A stretch of DNA of 64,000 nucleotides. Origin: Thermococcus sp. JdFR-02. Lineage in GTDB: Archaea; Methanobacteriota_B; Thermococci; Thermococcales; Thermococcaceae. The DNA is taken from assembly GCA_002009975.1 (NCBI GenBank), contig MTLP01000012.1, positions 161,698 through 225,697 of the forward strand. The letters run 5' to 3'. The position numbers and the translations under genes were made by a program. Positions 8,919 to 18,886 of the stretch are shown here, in pieces; the stretch's first letter is position 1, and each line of letters begins with the position of its first letter. Below the pieces are notes generated by a model. The model had not been told where the DNA came from and searched no databases. It saw only the letters and a program-made list of their open reading frames with translations.

Positions 8919-11024
8919 ATGCGTGGAATAGGAGTTTTAATAATTGCTTTGCTGATTCTTCCTAATGCTTTTGCTTATCAGATTCCTGAAAAGAACGTAA
9001 TTTACCAAATAATGGTGGACAGATTTTATGATGGCAATCAAAGTAACAATGGACCTTTTTATGATCCTACTCATACTAAATATCGCCTCTATTGGGGAGG
9101 TGATTTAGAGGGGATAATCCAAAAGCTTAACTATTTACAGGAGCTTGGTGTTTCAATGATCTGGCTTTCTCCAGTAAATGATAATGTGAACAAAATAATC
9201 TATGGTTCAGCGCCTTATCATGGATACTGGACGAGAGATTACAAAAGAATTGAAGAGCATTTTGGGGATTGGAGAACTTTTAGACGTTTGGTTGAAGAAG
9301 CGGAAGAAAGAGGCATATGTATCATCGTTGATTTTGTTCCAAATCATTCAAATCCAGCAACAGATGGTGAATTAGCTTCTCTTTATAACAATGGTACTTT
9401 CATAACAAATTATTACTACGATAAGCAAAATGCAACACGAAATCAGTACACGGGGAGTTTGGAGAACATTTATCATCACAATGGAAACATAAAGAATTGG
9501 TTTGGCTTTGAGTTAAAATATGCAAACCTTTTTGGATTGGCTGATTTTAACCACTTAAACCCTTGGGTTGATGAATATCTGAAAGAAAGCCTTGATTTAT
9601 TTATTCAAAGCGGAGTTTGCGGCTTTAGAATTGATGCAGTGAAGCACATGGATTTAGGCTGGCTCACTCAGTTCTACGCTTTTGCTTATCAAAAAGAACC
9701 CCTATTCATTTATGGGGAGTATTACAAACTCGACACATCAAAAAGTGATGACATGTTTTATTTCTACCAATACTCAAACATTTCACCTCTATTAAGCATT
9801 CCAATAAGGAATGATATAGTTAGGACTTTTGCTTATGGGGGAAGCTTAAAAGATCTGTCGAGAAAGATAGAAAATTATTACTCACACCTCGTTTATCCAA
9901 ACAAGGCTGTGAATTTCTTAGATAATCACGACTTGCCAAGATATTTAAGCGAAAGCAAAAACAAAGACAGATATCACATGGCTTTAAGCTTAGTCATGAC
10001 TTTGCCAGGAATTCCAGTGATTTATTATGGAGATGAGAGCTATTTGGTGAGCAAAGACGGTAAAGGGGATCCCTACAACAGACCTATGATGCACTTTAAT
10101 TCTTCAACCGAGGCTTTTAGAATAATTAAAACTTTAGCAAAGCTCAGAAAAGAGAACAACGCTCTAGCTTATGGTGATTTAAGAACGCTTTATGCCAATT
10201 ATAACACTTGGGTCTTTGAGAGAACCTTTGGAAGCGAGAAGATTTTAGTGGTTGTAAATAAGGTTGATGACAAAAACCTTGAGATTCCTTTAAACTGGAG
10301 CAATGGTATTTATAGAGACATTCTCTATGGTATTGAGATGAACGTTAAAGATGGAAAAGCCAAAATTTTTGTTCCAAAGGACAAAATACTTGTTTTCAGT
10401 TTTAAAGATGAAGAGGAGAAACCTTTGATAGGTTCGGTAACTCCTTATTTAGGACAACCGGGACAGAAAATAGTTCTTGGTGGCGTTGCATTTGGAAAAA
10501 ATGGAAAAGTGATCGTTGAGAGTGAATACGAGAAGAAAAAAGCCAAGATTATAGAATGGAACGATGAAATGATAGTCTTTGAAATGCCGCAAATTAGAAC
10601 TCAAAAAGCTTGGGTGAAGGTTTATATTGACAATGGAAAGGAGAGCAACGAAGTTAAGGTTAGATATTTGAGTGGCGAACAGATTACTTCTTTAATTGTT
10701 TTAAATGCGAGCAACTTAACGGGACAGCTTTGGATTAAGGGAGATATTCCAGAGCTTGCGGAACCAATACCTCTTTTAAAATCAAAAAACTATTACTTCC
10801 AAGTTGTAAGCTTACCTAAAGATGCAGTTTTTGAAATTCAGCTTTACAAGGGGTTGCCTTGGGAAAAGCTCGAGCCTCTAAACGTTACACTATATGGAAA
10901 GAGTAATAGTACAGTGATTTTGAGCGAAGAACCTATTACAAGGGAAACAAATGTGAAAGCTATTTGTGGGGTTGGCATGGTTTTGGTTATCTCTTTAATG
11001 ATTTTGCTATTTCGGAGGGACTAA
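8919..11024 (+). CDS. Secreted GH13 cyclomaltodextrin glucanotransferase/alpha-amylase with C-terminal sorting tail
   Basis: Signal peptide; YQIMVDRF, GGDLEG, YHGYW, DFVPNH, RIDAVKH, GEY and DNHD motifs; IPT-like domain; ICGVG+TM+RR tail. Confidence 0.9.
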   Translation: MRGIGVLIIALLILPNAFAYQIPEKNVIYQIMVDRFYDGNQSNNGPFYDPTHTKYRLYWGGDLEGIIQKLNYLQELGVSMIWLSPVNDNVNKIIYGSAPYHGYWTRDYKRIEEHFGDWRTFRRLVEEAEERGICIIVDFVPNHSNPATDGELASLYNNGTFITNYYYDKQNATRNQYTGSLENIYHHNGNIKNWFGFELKYANLFGLADFNHLNPWVDEYLKESLDLFIQSGVCGFRIDAVKHMDLGWLTQFYAFAYQKEPLFIYGEYYKLDTSKSDDMFYFYQYSNISPLLSIPIRNDIVRTFAYGGSLKDLSRKIENYYSHLVYPNKAVNFLDNHDLPRYLSESKNKDRYHMALSLVMTLPGIPVIYYGDESYLVSKDGKGDPYNRPMMHFNSSTEAFRIIKTLAKLRKENNALAYGDLRTLYANYNTWVFERTFGSEKILVVVNKVDDKNLEIPLNWSNGIYRDILYGIEMNVKDGKAKIFVPKDKILVFSFKDEEEKPLIGSVTPYLGQPGQKIVLGGVAFGKNGKVIVESEYEKKKAKIIEWNDEMIVFEMPQIRTQKAWVKVYIDNGKESNEVKVRYLSGEQITSLIVLNASNLTGQLWIKGDIPELAEPIPLLKSKNYYFQVVSLPKDAVFEIQLYKGLPWEKLEPLNVTLYGKSNSTVILSEEPITRETNVKAICGVGMVLVISLMILLFRRD

Positions 11025-11167
11025 TCCTCTTTTTTATAACTTGTCAAAACTAAGGTGATAATATTCTTTTGCTTTTTTCAATACTCTTGATAATTAAAGT
11101 TCAGGTATTTAAAGACGACACAACCTTTTTTAGTTATCAAAAAAGAAATCTTTTAGGTGTGATAACA

Positions 11168-11932
11168 ATGAAAAAACATGAATGGGAAGAATTTTTCGAC
11201 AGAGAGGCAGGGCACTACTTGAAAGAGCCGTTTACTAAATACACAAAAGAGGAAGTGGAGTTTTTATTAAATGAGTTTCAGCTGCCAGAAGGAGCCAAAA
11301 TATTGGATGTTGGCTGTGGTGTCGGAAGGCATTCGATAGAACTCGCAAAAAGAGGATACAGAGTAACAGGGATAGACCTTTCCCAGGGAATGCTTGAAGA
11401 AGCAAGAAAACGAGCTCAAAGGGAAGGTGTTGAAGTGGAGTTCATAAAAGCAGATGCTACAAAGTTTAAGCGTGAGGAGGAATTTGACGCTGCCATATGC
11501 CTCTGTGAAGGTGCTTTTTCGTTAATCGGTTCAAGTGACGACCCAATAGAGCACGACTTAGCGATACTCAAGAACATTTATAAATCCTTAAAGCCCGGTG
11601 GGAAATTTATTTTGACTGCCCTAAGTGCCCTTTCAAGAATTAAAGGAGCATCAAACGAGGACATAGCTAAAGGAACTTTCGATCCAAACACCATGACGTT
11701 CTTTGAAGAAATTGAGGCACCGGATGGCACAAAAATCCCGATTAAAGAACGCGTCTACGTCCCTACAGAGCTTTACTTAATGTTCAAAATGGTTGGGTTT
11801 GAAGTAAAAGCCATCTGGGGAGGTACTGCTGGTAGATGGGGAAAGAGGAAGATAGATTTCGATGATATCGAAATAATGGTAATAGCTGAGAAGCCTAAAA
11901 GGAGGAATTTAAGTGAAGGATGTTCATATTAG
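11168..11932 (+). CDS. Class I SAM-dependent methyltransferase
   Basis: ILDVGCGVGRH, LKPGG; GGTG RBS before ATG 11168. Confidence 0.9.
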   Translation: MKKHEWEEFFDREAGHYLKEPFTKYTKEEVEFLLNEFQLPEGAKILDVGCGVGRHSIELAKRGYRVTGIDLSQGMLEEARKRAQREGVEVEFIKADATKFKREEEFDAAICLCEGAFSLIGSSDDPIEHDLAILKNIYKSLKPGGKFILTALSALSRIKGASNEDIAKGTFDPNTMTFFEEIEAPDGTKIPIKERVYVPTELYLMFKMVGFEVKAIWGGTAGRWGKRKIDFDDIEIMVIAEKPKRRNLSEGCSY

Positions 11933-12365
11933 AAAAGCCCAAGAATCAGATTTGCACGAAATTAAAAATCTTATGTTAGAGCTCATCGAAAGCCTTGAAA
12001 GTGAAGAGGGAATAGACGAAAATGCCATACTTAAGAACTGCAGAAAAATCCTAAAGGCTCCAAATGCACATTTGCTGGTTGCGGAGTTAGATGGAGAGAT
12101 AGTAGGAGTGTTGCATTTAAACGTTCGTAGAACGCTTCTCCATTCCGCACCTTCTGGGTTGATTGATGAGCTCGTTGTATCCGAGAGACACAGAGGAAAG
12201 GGAATAGGAAGAAAACTGATAGAGGCTGCTGTGGAATTATGTAAGGGATTAAAATGCGCTGAAATTGAAGTGAGCACTGAGATTAGTAACCTCAAAGCTA
12301 GGGAGTTTTATAAAAGCATGGGCTTTGAAGAGATTGGAGTCCTTCTTGAGATGGATTTAGATTAA
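11913..12365 (+). CDS. GNAT acetyltransferase
   Basis: V...RGKGIGRKL and N..AREFYKSMGF. Confidence 0.92.
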   Translation: MKDVHIRKAQESDLHEIKNLMLELIESLESEEGIDENAILKNCRKILKAPNAHLLVAELDGEIVGVLHLNVRRTLLHSAPSGLIDELVVSERHRGKGIGRKLIEAAVELCKGLKCAEIEVSTEISNLKAREFYKSMGFEEIGVLLEMDLD

Positions 12366-12551
12366 TCATCCTTCCCAAATGCTTTTCCATTCGAATTCAT
12401 CTTTCTCTTCTTTTTCTTCAGTTTCTAATATTATCTCTGGTTCTTTTTCTCTTTCTTTCCACATGGTAGCGGCTAACCAAAGAAGGGCAAATGGACCAGT
12501 AAGGATCAGAAGGAAAATAAAGAACAATGCTTTTTTCGTTTTTTCGTTCAT
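12366..12551 (-). CDS. Small single-TM protein with acidic tail
   Basis: 61 aa; TM helix followed by an E-rich tail. Confidence 0.55.
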   Translation of the reverse strand: MNEKTKKALFFIFLLILTGPFALLWLAATMWKEREKEPEIILETEEKEEKDEFEWKSIWEG

Positions 12552-12787
12552 ATTTTAAATTTAGACTTTTAGATATATGAAATTAATCCTTCACTTTTCT
12601 TGTGTTATGAAAACATCGAAAATTTTTCACATTTATTCAAATGTATTTTGTCATAATACAGCTTTAAAGTTTAAACATTAAAATCAAGATTTAAAAAACT
12701 TTATTAACCAGAAATGTGTAACATGTGAGTGCAAAACCTGTCCCGCTTTTCTTTTCTGCGAGATGGTTTTGCTTTGGTGGTGATAGC

Positions 12788-13198
12788 GTGAAGAAATTAA
12801 TAATAATGTTGGGATTTTGGTTAATAAGCTTACCTTTAGTGCTATGTCAAGAAAGTGAAGATTACTTAACGGGTCTCAGTGCAAGCGGACCATTCATCGG
12901 TGTTGCAGTGATAATTGCCCTTTTCTTACTGCTCTGGGTTCTTCGAAAGTTCCTGCTTAAGCTCATTCTCGTGTCCATTGTGGCGGTGATCTTTGGAGGG
13001 ATTGGTTTACTTCTAGGTTCATTTTTCCTTCCAGCTTTTCAGATCCCATTAGGAGGGGCATTCCTTATCTTTGGTCTCTGGGTATCGCTGAAGCTTCTGA
13101 AAGCTCAGAAAGGAGAGATTGTAGTTACGAGAAGTTCCTTAGGAGACAGGGACAGCGATGTGGACTTCTTCTGGGGGGATGATGAATGGGAAGATTAA
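12788..13198 (+). CDS. Membrane protein with acidic C-terminus
   Basis: GGTGA RBS, GTG start, signal peptide plus 3 TM. Confidence 0.65.
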   Translation: MKKLIIMLGFWLISLPLVLCQESEDYLTGLSASGPFIGVAVIIALFLLLWVLRKFLLKLILVSIVAVIFGGIGLLLGSFFLPAFQIPLGGAFLIFGLWVSLKLLKAQKGEIVVTRSSLGDRDSDVDFFWGDDEWED

Positions 13199-13270
13199 GG
13201 GAGCTTTCAAGAGCCTTCGGCGTGAAGGTCAAAGGTGATGATTGGTTAATCAGTTTTTGAGGTGATTAGG

Positions 13271-13666
13271 ATGGGAAAGTTCTCTACATTTGTGGTGATA
13301 ATCATCCTGCTTGGTGCAGGAGGATGGTACCTAAATTACCATCTCAAGCTTTCGAACTACGATCAAGAATTGCTATTCAATGATGAGAAAACTGTTCAGG
13401 GGGTAGTATACTACACATCAGACGTAATCCCTGCGGGAACTTACAGAATTGAGATTGACACAGAGGGAAGTGTCAATGATGTGGAAATATTAGATGCTAA
13501 CTCGGGCAATGTTATTCACACGCCTCTTATGGTTGTCAAGTCTGACTTCATATACACCTCAGACGTGCCTTTTAGAGTTAGAGTGGAGTTTCATCCAGAG
13601 GGAGATAGTTATATCAAATACCGCACTTCGGTGAAGGTCTATAGGCTGACTAAGAAAGAAAAATAG
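13271..13666 (+). CDS. Membrane-anchored hypothetical protein
   Basis: GGTGA RBS, N-terminal TM, beta-rich domain. Confidence 0.65.
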   Translation: MGKFSTFVVIIILLGAGGWYLNYHLKLSNYDQELLFNDEKTVQGVVYYTSDVIPAGTYRIEIDTEGSVNDVEILDANSGNVIHTPLMVVKSDFIYTSDVPFRVRVEFHPEGDSYIKYRTSVKVYRLTKKEK

Positions 13667-13705
13667 TTTAATACTTTCACTTCCTCTATCTTTTTTGGTG
13701 ATATA

Positions 13706-14485
13706 ATGAACTTTGAGCGAAAAGTCCTTATTGGAATGGTTCACCTCAAGCCCTTACCTGGTTCTTATCTTTATGATGGAAATTTTGAAAATGTTATTGA
13801 ACATGCTCTAAGTGAGGCAAAAAAGCTGGAAAAAGCTGGTTTTGATGCTATAATGGTTGAGAACTTCAATGATGTGCCTTTTCCAAAGACCGTTGAGCCT
13901 ACAACCATTGCTTCTCTAAGTGTTGTTGCAAAAGTCATTAGAGAGGAAATCTCCCTTCCACTTGGTATTAACGTTTTAAGAAACGATGCAATAGCTGCTT
14001 ACTCAATAGCCTACGCTGTAAAAGCAGATTTCATAAGAGTGAATGTTTTGAGTGGAGTAGCTTATACTGATCAGGGGATAATTGAGGGTGTGGCTTATGA
14101 ATTAGCAAAGCTTAGAAAAGCATTACCGAGCAAGATAAAGGTTTTTGCAGATGTTCACGTTAAGCATGCGTATCATTTCGGCAATTTCGAGGAAGCAATA
14201 AATGACACAATCGAAAGAGGTTTAGCAGATGCAATAATTGTTAGCGGAAAAAGAACGGGTGGAGAAGTAGATTTGGAAAAGCTCAAAAAGGCTAAGCAAA
14301 TTTCAAGTGTGCCAGTTTTAGTTGGTTCTGGAACAACTTATGAGAACTTGCCAAAGCTTTGGAACTATGCTGATGGCTTTATAGTTGGGACATGGATTAA
14401 GAAAGATGGAAAAACAAAAAATGACATAGATTTGGAGAGGGCTAAGAAGTTGGTTGAGCTTGCTGAGAGCCTTCGCCTTGAGTAG
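13706..14485 (+). CDS. BtpA/SgcQ family TIM-barrel protein
   Basis: IGMVHL.PLPG, ENF.D.PF, GINVLRND, DVHVKH, DGFIVGT. Confidence 0.92.
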   Translation: MNFERKVLIGMVHLKPLPGSYLYDGNFENVIEHALSEAKKLEKAGFDAIMVENFNDVPFPKTVEPTTIASLSVVAKVIREEISLPLGINVLRNDAIAAYSIAYAVKADFIRVNVLSGVAYTDQGIIEGVAYELAKLRKALPSKIKVFADVHVKHAYHFGNFEEAINDTIERGLADAIIVSGKRTGGEVDLEKLKKAKQISSVPVLVGSGTTYENLPKLWNYADGFIVGTWIKKDGKTKNDIDLERAKKLVELAESLRLE

Positions 14486-14840
14486 ACTCTCTCTGTTCTT
14501 GACTTTCTCTGCTTCTATATCCAAAGTAGAAGCCTATTATTGTTGAAAAAACACCTAAAAAGTAATTCCTAAGTTCTGAAGGTATGGTTAGGTATTGACT
14601 TCCTACGACGATTACTATGAAAGCTGTAGCCAATGCTGCGGTTATTGCCCTCCTCATTTCGCTTTTGTTAAGGTTCTTGTTATTGCTCCATCCGAGGAAG
14701 AGGACAACTAAGAACACTAGAATTGGTAGGGCTATGAGTGTTAGTCTTATATCCACGTATACGCCGCTGAAAAGCAGTATTGCAACAACCAAAATTGCAA
14801 ATATTGCAACCGCATTTGAATAAGTGGATTTTTCTTCCAT
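14442..14840 (-). CDS. Hypothetical 4-TM membrane protein
   Basis: EMRRAI and IIGFYFG motifs; hydrophobic segments. Confidence 0.7.
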   Translation of the reverse strand: MEEKSTYSNAVAIFAILVVAILLFSGVYVDIRLTLIALPILVFLVVLFLGWSNNKNLNKSEMRRAITAALATAFIVIVVGSQYLTIPSELRNYFLGVFSTIIGFYFGYRSRESQEQRESTQGEGSQQAQPTS

Positions 14841-14909
14841 AAAATCACCTAAAAGATTATATTCACAAGTTGTAAATAAGGATTTAGTAACAAAGTTGGG
14901 GGCGGAGAG

Positions 14910-16259
14910 ATGGGCAAATACTTTGGAACAAGTGGTATAAGAGAAATCGTTAATGAAAAGCTTACTCCAGAATTGGCTTTAAAGGTTGGAAAAGCCCTTG
15001 GAACTTATTTGGGAGAGGGAAAAGTTGTCGTTGGTATGGACACAAGGACAAGCGGAGAAATGCTTAAGGGTGCTTTGATTAGTGGGCTTTTAAGCACGGG
15101 TATAGACGTCATCGATATTGGTCTTTCTCCAACTCCTTTAACAGGCTTTGCTATTAAGCTCTATGAAGCAAACGCTGGCGTGACAATTACAGCTTCACAT
15201 AATCCCCCGGAGTATAATGGAATTAAGGTTTGGCAGGAAAATGGAATGGCTTACACAAGCGAAATGGAAAACGAGCTTGAGAGAATTATTGAAGAAGGGA
15301 AATTTAGAAAGGCTTCTTGGAGAGAGATTGGAAAGTTAGGCTTTGCAGATCCTTCTAAAGCCTACATAGAAAAAGCCCTTGAGATGGTTGCTCTTGAAAG
15401 CTCTTACAAAGTTGTTGTTGATTGCGGAAATGGTGCTGGTTCTCTGATAAGTCCATATCTCCAAAGAGAGCTTGGTAACAAAGTTGTAAGTTTGAATTCT
15501 CACATAAGCGGTTATTTTGTTAGAGAACTTGAACCAAATGCTAAAAGCCTTGAAGAATTGGCAAAAGCTGTGAAAGTTCTAAAAGCGGATGTTGGAATTG
15601 CCCACGATGGCGATGCCGACAGAATTGGCGTTGTTGATGATCAAGGTAATTTCGTTGAATATGAAGTAATGTTGAGCTTGATAAGTGGCTACATGCTCAA
15701 GAAGTTTGGAAAAGGGAAGATAATTACAACTGTTGATGCTGGTTTTGCTTTGGATAACTACGTTAAGCCCTTAGGTGGAGAAGTTGTTAGGGTGAAAGTT
15801 GGGGATGTTGCTGTTGCTGAGGGAATAATTAAGGAAAAGGCTGTTTTTGGAGGAGAGCCAAGTGGAACTTGGATAATGCCCCAATGGAACCTAACTCCTG
15901 ATGGAATTTTCGCTGGAGCTTTGGTTTTGGAAATGATTGACAAATTTGGCTCTTTAAGTGAGTTAGCAAAGGAAATTCCAAGATATGTAACGTTAAGGGC
16001 AAAGATACCATGTTCAAATGAGAAAAAAAGAAAAGCTATGGAAATAATAGCAAGGGAAGCACTAAAGAGCTTTGAATACAAGCGTTTAATTGATATTGAT
16101 GGTGTGAGAATAGAGAACGATGAGTGGTGGATTCTCTTTAGACCAAGCGGAACAGAACCCATAATGAGGATTACTTTGGAAGCACATACAAAAGAGAAAG
16201 CTGAGGAACTGATGAAGAAGGCGAAGGAGTTAGTGGAGAGAGCTATTAGAAAAGCTTAG
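14910..16259 (+). CDS. glmM: Phosphoglucosamine mutase / phosphohexomutase
   Basis: FGTSGIR, TASHNP, DGDADR, GEPSG, RPSGTEP; exact substrate cannot be fixed from sequence. Confidence 0.8.
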   Translation: MGKYFGTSGIREIVNEKLTPELALKVGKALGTYLGEGKVVVGMDTRTSGEMLKGALISGLLSTGIDVIDIGLSPTPLTGFAIKLYEANAGVTITASHNPPEYNGIKVWQENGMAYTSEMENELERIIEEGKFRKASWREIGKLGFADPSKAYIEKALEMVALESSYKVVVDCGNGAGSLISPYLQRELGNKVVSLNSHISGYFVRELEPNAKSLEELAKAVKVLKADVGIAHDGDADRIGVVDDQGNFVEYEVMLSLISGYMLKKFGKGKIITTVDAGFALDNYVKPLGGEVVRVKVGDVAVAEGIIKEKAVFGGEPSGTWIMPQWNLTPDGIFAGALVLEMIDKFGSLSELAKEIPRYVTLRAKIPCSNEKKRKAMEIIAREALKSFEYKRLIDIDGVRIENDEWWILFRPSGTEPIMRITLEAHTKEKAEELMKKAKELVERAIRKA

Positions 16260-16719
16260 ATTCTCCCTTAGCTCTTTCTTTAATCTTTTCAGCAAATCTT
16301 CTCGCTTTTTCGATGTCTTTCTCATTTGGTCTTCCTTTGTTTATGCCTCCAATCTTTGCCAGCCAGCCGTTTGTGTCCCAGCCTCTGCATGAGAACTCGC
16401 CAACAATTTCAAAGCCTTTTTCTTTGAGCTTTTTCCTTAAAGCTCGATGGTTGTACCAAGGGATATTCACTCCAGCTGTTGAAAAGATAAATGCTTTCTT
16501 TCCTTTCATTCTTGGAAGATTGTCCACGAGTTTGAGAAGTGCCCAATGGTGTCTCCACCAATAAATCCCAGAACCAAAGCCTATTAAGTCATATTCTAAA
16601 AGTTCATCTCTAACAGCCCAAGGTTTAACGAGCTTGGCATTTAGCACCTCTGCTATTGCTTTGGCTATCTTTTCCGTGTTCTTATGGTGAATTGAGACAT
16701 ATACAATTATTGTCTTCAT
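16246..16719 (-). CDS. Flavodoxin family protein
   Basis: [33 protein letters not shown]. Confidence 0.88.
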   Translation of the reverse strand: MKTIIVYVSIHHKNTEKIAKAIAEVLNAKLVKPWAVRDELLEYDLIGFGSGIYWWRHHWALLKLVDNLPRMKGKKAFIFSTAGVNIPWYNHRALRKKLKEKGFEIVGEFSCRGWDTNGWLAKIGGINKGRPNEKDIEKARRFAEKIKERAKGESKLF

Positions 16720-17282
16720 TTCAGAGCCTCTTCTATCTTTTTTAGACTATCCATAATATTGTCTTTATCAAATTCCAAATAAACGCCTTTAATCCTGCTT
16801 TTCAGCAATTCAAAGAGAAGCCCTTCTCCATTGATGAGCTTGAAGTCTTTAGCGATTTCCTTTGCCAGCTTAAATCTCTCTTCCTTACTTAAGCGCTTAA
16901 ACTCCTCCATCCTCTCATAGGGGTATTTATTTGGATCACTTGAGCTTGTGTGGAATACGCCGCAGGTTGGAGAGCCTTTAACACCTATAAAAATAACTTT
17001 TGAGGGTTTTTCTTCTTTTATAACACGTTCAATAAACTCAACCACTCTTTCTACTGCTTCTCTCATTCCCAAACGCTCATAAACTTCTTTAATTGCAGGC
17101 GCTCTTGGAAAGCCAAGCAAGAGAAATTCAGGGCAAGGATAGGCTAGAATCCGAACATTATTTAAATATTTGGCTAAGAACCTCGTTAATGCTTTACTCG
17201 TTTTGTACTCCTTTTCTTTTGGACCTCTATAGACAAAGTAAGGAGACAACAGACAGGGTGAAATTACAATGAGAGTCATCAT
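16716..17282 (-). CDS. DUF523 (2-thiouracil desulfidase-like) protein
   Basis: SPCLL, PCPE...G.PR and KGSPTCG conserved cysteines. Confidence 0.75.
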   Translation of the reverse strand: MMTLIVISPCLLSPYFVYRGPKEKEYKTSKALTRFLAKYLNNVRILAYPCPEFLLLGFPRAPAIKEVYERLGMREAVERVVEFIERVIKEEKPSKVIFIGVKGSPTCGVFHTSSSDPNKYPYERMEEFKRLSKEERFKLAKEIAKDFKLINGEGLLFELLKSRIKGVYLEFDKDNIMDSLKKIEEALK

Positions 17283-17388
17283 ACTCACCATAAAGAGTTA
17301 GCAGGAAAATGCTTAATATATTTGTCTTAATTATTATGCAAAAAGATTTTTAAAATTTGAAGTTGTAATAATTATGGTGATGCTAATT

Positions 17389-18885
17389 ATGAAATTTCAC
17401 ATTATCTCATCACTTCTAGTTTTGTTATTAATTACGAATCTTGCAAGTGCTGTTTATGTTGAGATGTGGTATTATGATTTGAATAAAGGATCAGAGTGGC
17501 CAGATAGAGAGATTACAAAAATAGTTGTGCTTGGGGACTATGCAATTCCAATAGCATGCAAGTTCCTTTTTGGTTTGGATAAAGTTTGGATATTTAATGA
17601 GAGTGGTCTTGTTGCTGAGTTCAAGCTAAAGAGACCAATTGAAGTCAGGAATGGTGCTGATTGTAATAATGTTGATTTTAAATATGAAAATAGCACTCTT
17701 CTGATAATTTATAGAAACAAAACTTGGGATAGAATTCCCATAAATTTAACACTTTCAAATGAAAATATTCCCACTTCCACCCTAACTTATGGTGGCTCAG
17801 AAATAATTGAAATCCCCACTCAAAAGCCGAGTGGATATGTTAAATTGACAAAACCAAACAACAGTGAGATCTATATTAAACTTCCCTACCCAGTTGGAGC
17901 CGCTGCTTTGTCTTCTCATGGAATTTTCATTGGGACTAAAGGGTACAGCTACTTTAATAGGGAAGGAACATGGGGGGAAGAAGGACCCTTTTATAAGCTT
18001 ATTGCAATTTTCTACTTCTATAAAGATGTTCCAGGAGGTTATCTAACTGTTCACTCAAATACCAATGGGAAAGTCATTGTTGACGGAAAAGAAGTGGGAG
18101 AAACACCGGTAACAATCCCTTTGCAGGTGGGAAAACATAAGGTTAAGGTTATATCCTTTGGAGTCTCCAGGGAATATGAAATACAAATTACGGAAAATGC
18201 TGGAAAAACATTGGATGTTATTTTTCCAACAGGTTATTTGGAAATTACCTTACCTATAAACGGCTGGATTAAAGTTGATGGTATAACGGTTGGTGAAGCA
18301 TCATATTGGAAGCATTATTACTTTAGAACAGTGCTTCCTGTTGGAACCCATACTGTAACAATTTACTGCCTTGGTTGTCCTAATGAGGAATTTAACAATT
18401 TAAAAGCTAATTTTAAAGTAGAAATTAGGGAGAATGAAACAACGAAGCTTAATATTACAGCGGAAATGCTTGGTATTGCTGGTTATTTAAGTGTGAAATC
18501 AAACGTCAAAGCAAGAGTATATCTTGATCCAAGAAAAACTCAAGAAGCTGGGATAACTCCTATTGAAATTCCGCTGATAGGAAATTACTACTATCAAATC
18601 ATTGTTGTTCCTGTTGATGCCCCTGAAATAGAGAAAAAGTTTGACGTTATATTAAAACCAGGTGAAAGAAAAGAGATTTATGTTTTCTTTAACATCACCG
18701 ATGTAAACCCTCAGAAAGTTCAGGAAGAATTTCATGATAAAGAATCCCCTGAAATGTCAAAAACTTTTTCACATGCTTCAGTTAATGTCCCTAATAAAGA
18801 AACAAGTTTAAAACTTCCTATAATTCTAGCTGTGATCATTATTATTGAATTTGTAGTTTACTTGGCATTAAAAAGGAGGTATTGA
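17389..18885 (+). CDS. PEGA-domain cell-surface protein
   Basis: Signal peptide; repeats such as GYLTVHSN...VDGKEVGETP...G.H; C-terminal TM+KRR. Confidence 0.85.
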   Translation: MKFHIISSLLVLLLITNLASAVYVEMWYYDLNKGSEWPDREITKIVVLGDYAIPIACKFLFGLDKVWIFNESGLVAEFKLKRPIEVRNGADCNNVDFKYENSTLLIIYRNKTWDRIPINLTLSNENIPTSTLTYGGSEIIEIPTQKPSGYVKLTKPNNSEIYIKLPYPVGAAALSSHGIFIGTKGYSYFNREGTWGEEGPFYKLIAIFYFYKDVPGGYLTVHSNTNGKVIVDGKEVGETPVTIPLQVGKHKVKVISFGVSREYEIQITENAGKTLDVIFPTGYLEITLPINGWIKVDGITVGEASYWKHYYFRTVLPVGTHTVTIYCLGCPNEEFNNLKANFKVEIRENETTKLNITAEMLGIAGYLSVKSNVKARVYLDPRKTQEAGITPIEIPLIGNYYYQIIVVPVDAPEIEKKFDVILKPGERKEIYVFFNITDVNPQKVQEEFHDKESPEMSKTFSHASVNVPNKETSLKLPIILAVIIIIEFVVYLALKRRY

Positions 18886-18886
18886 G

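Noticed and set aside
13687-13703. TGM-like TATCTT-N5-GTGATA before the btpA-like gene
   Set aside because: Two mismatches; explained by a T-tract plus the GGTGA RBS
14442-14485. Tail-to-tail overlaps of convergent genes (also 3495-3526, 6036-6039, 16246-16259, 25046-25049)
   Set aside because: Common in compact Thermococcales genomes
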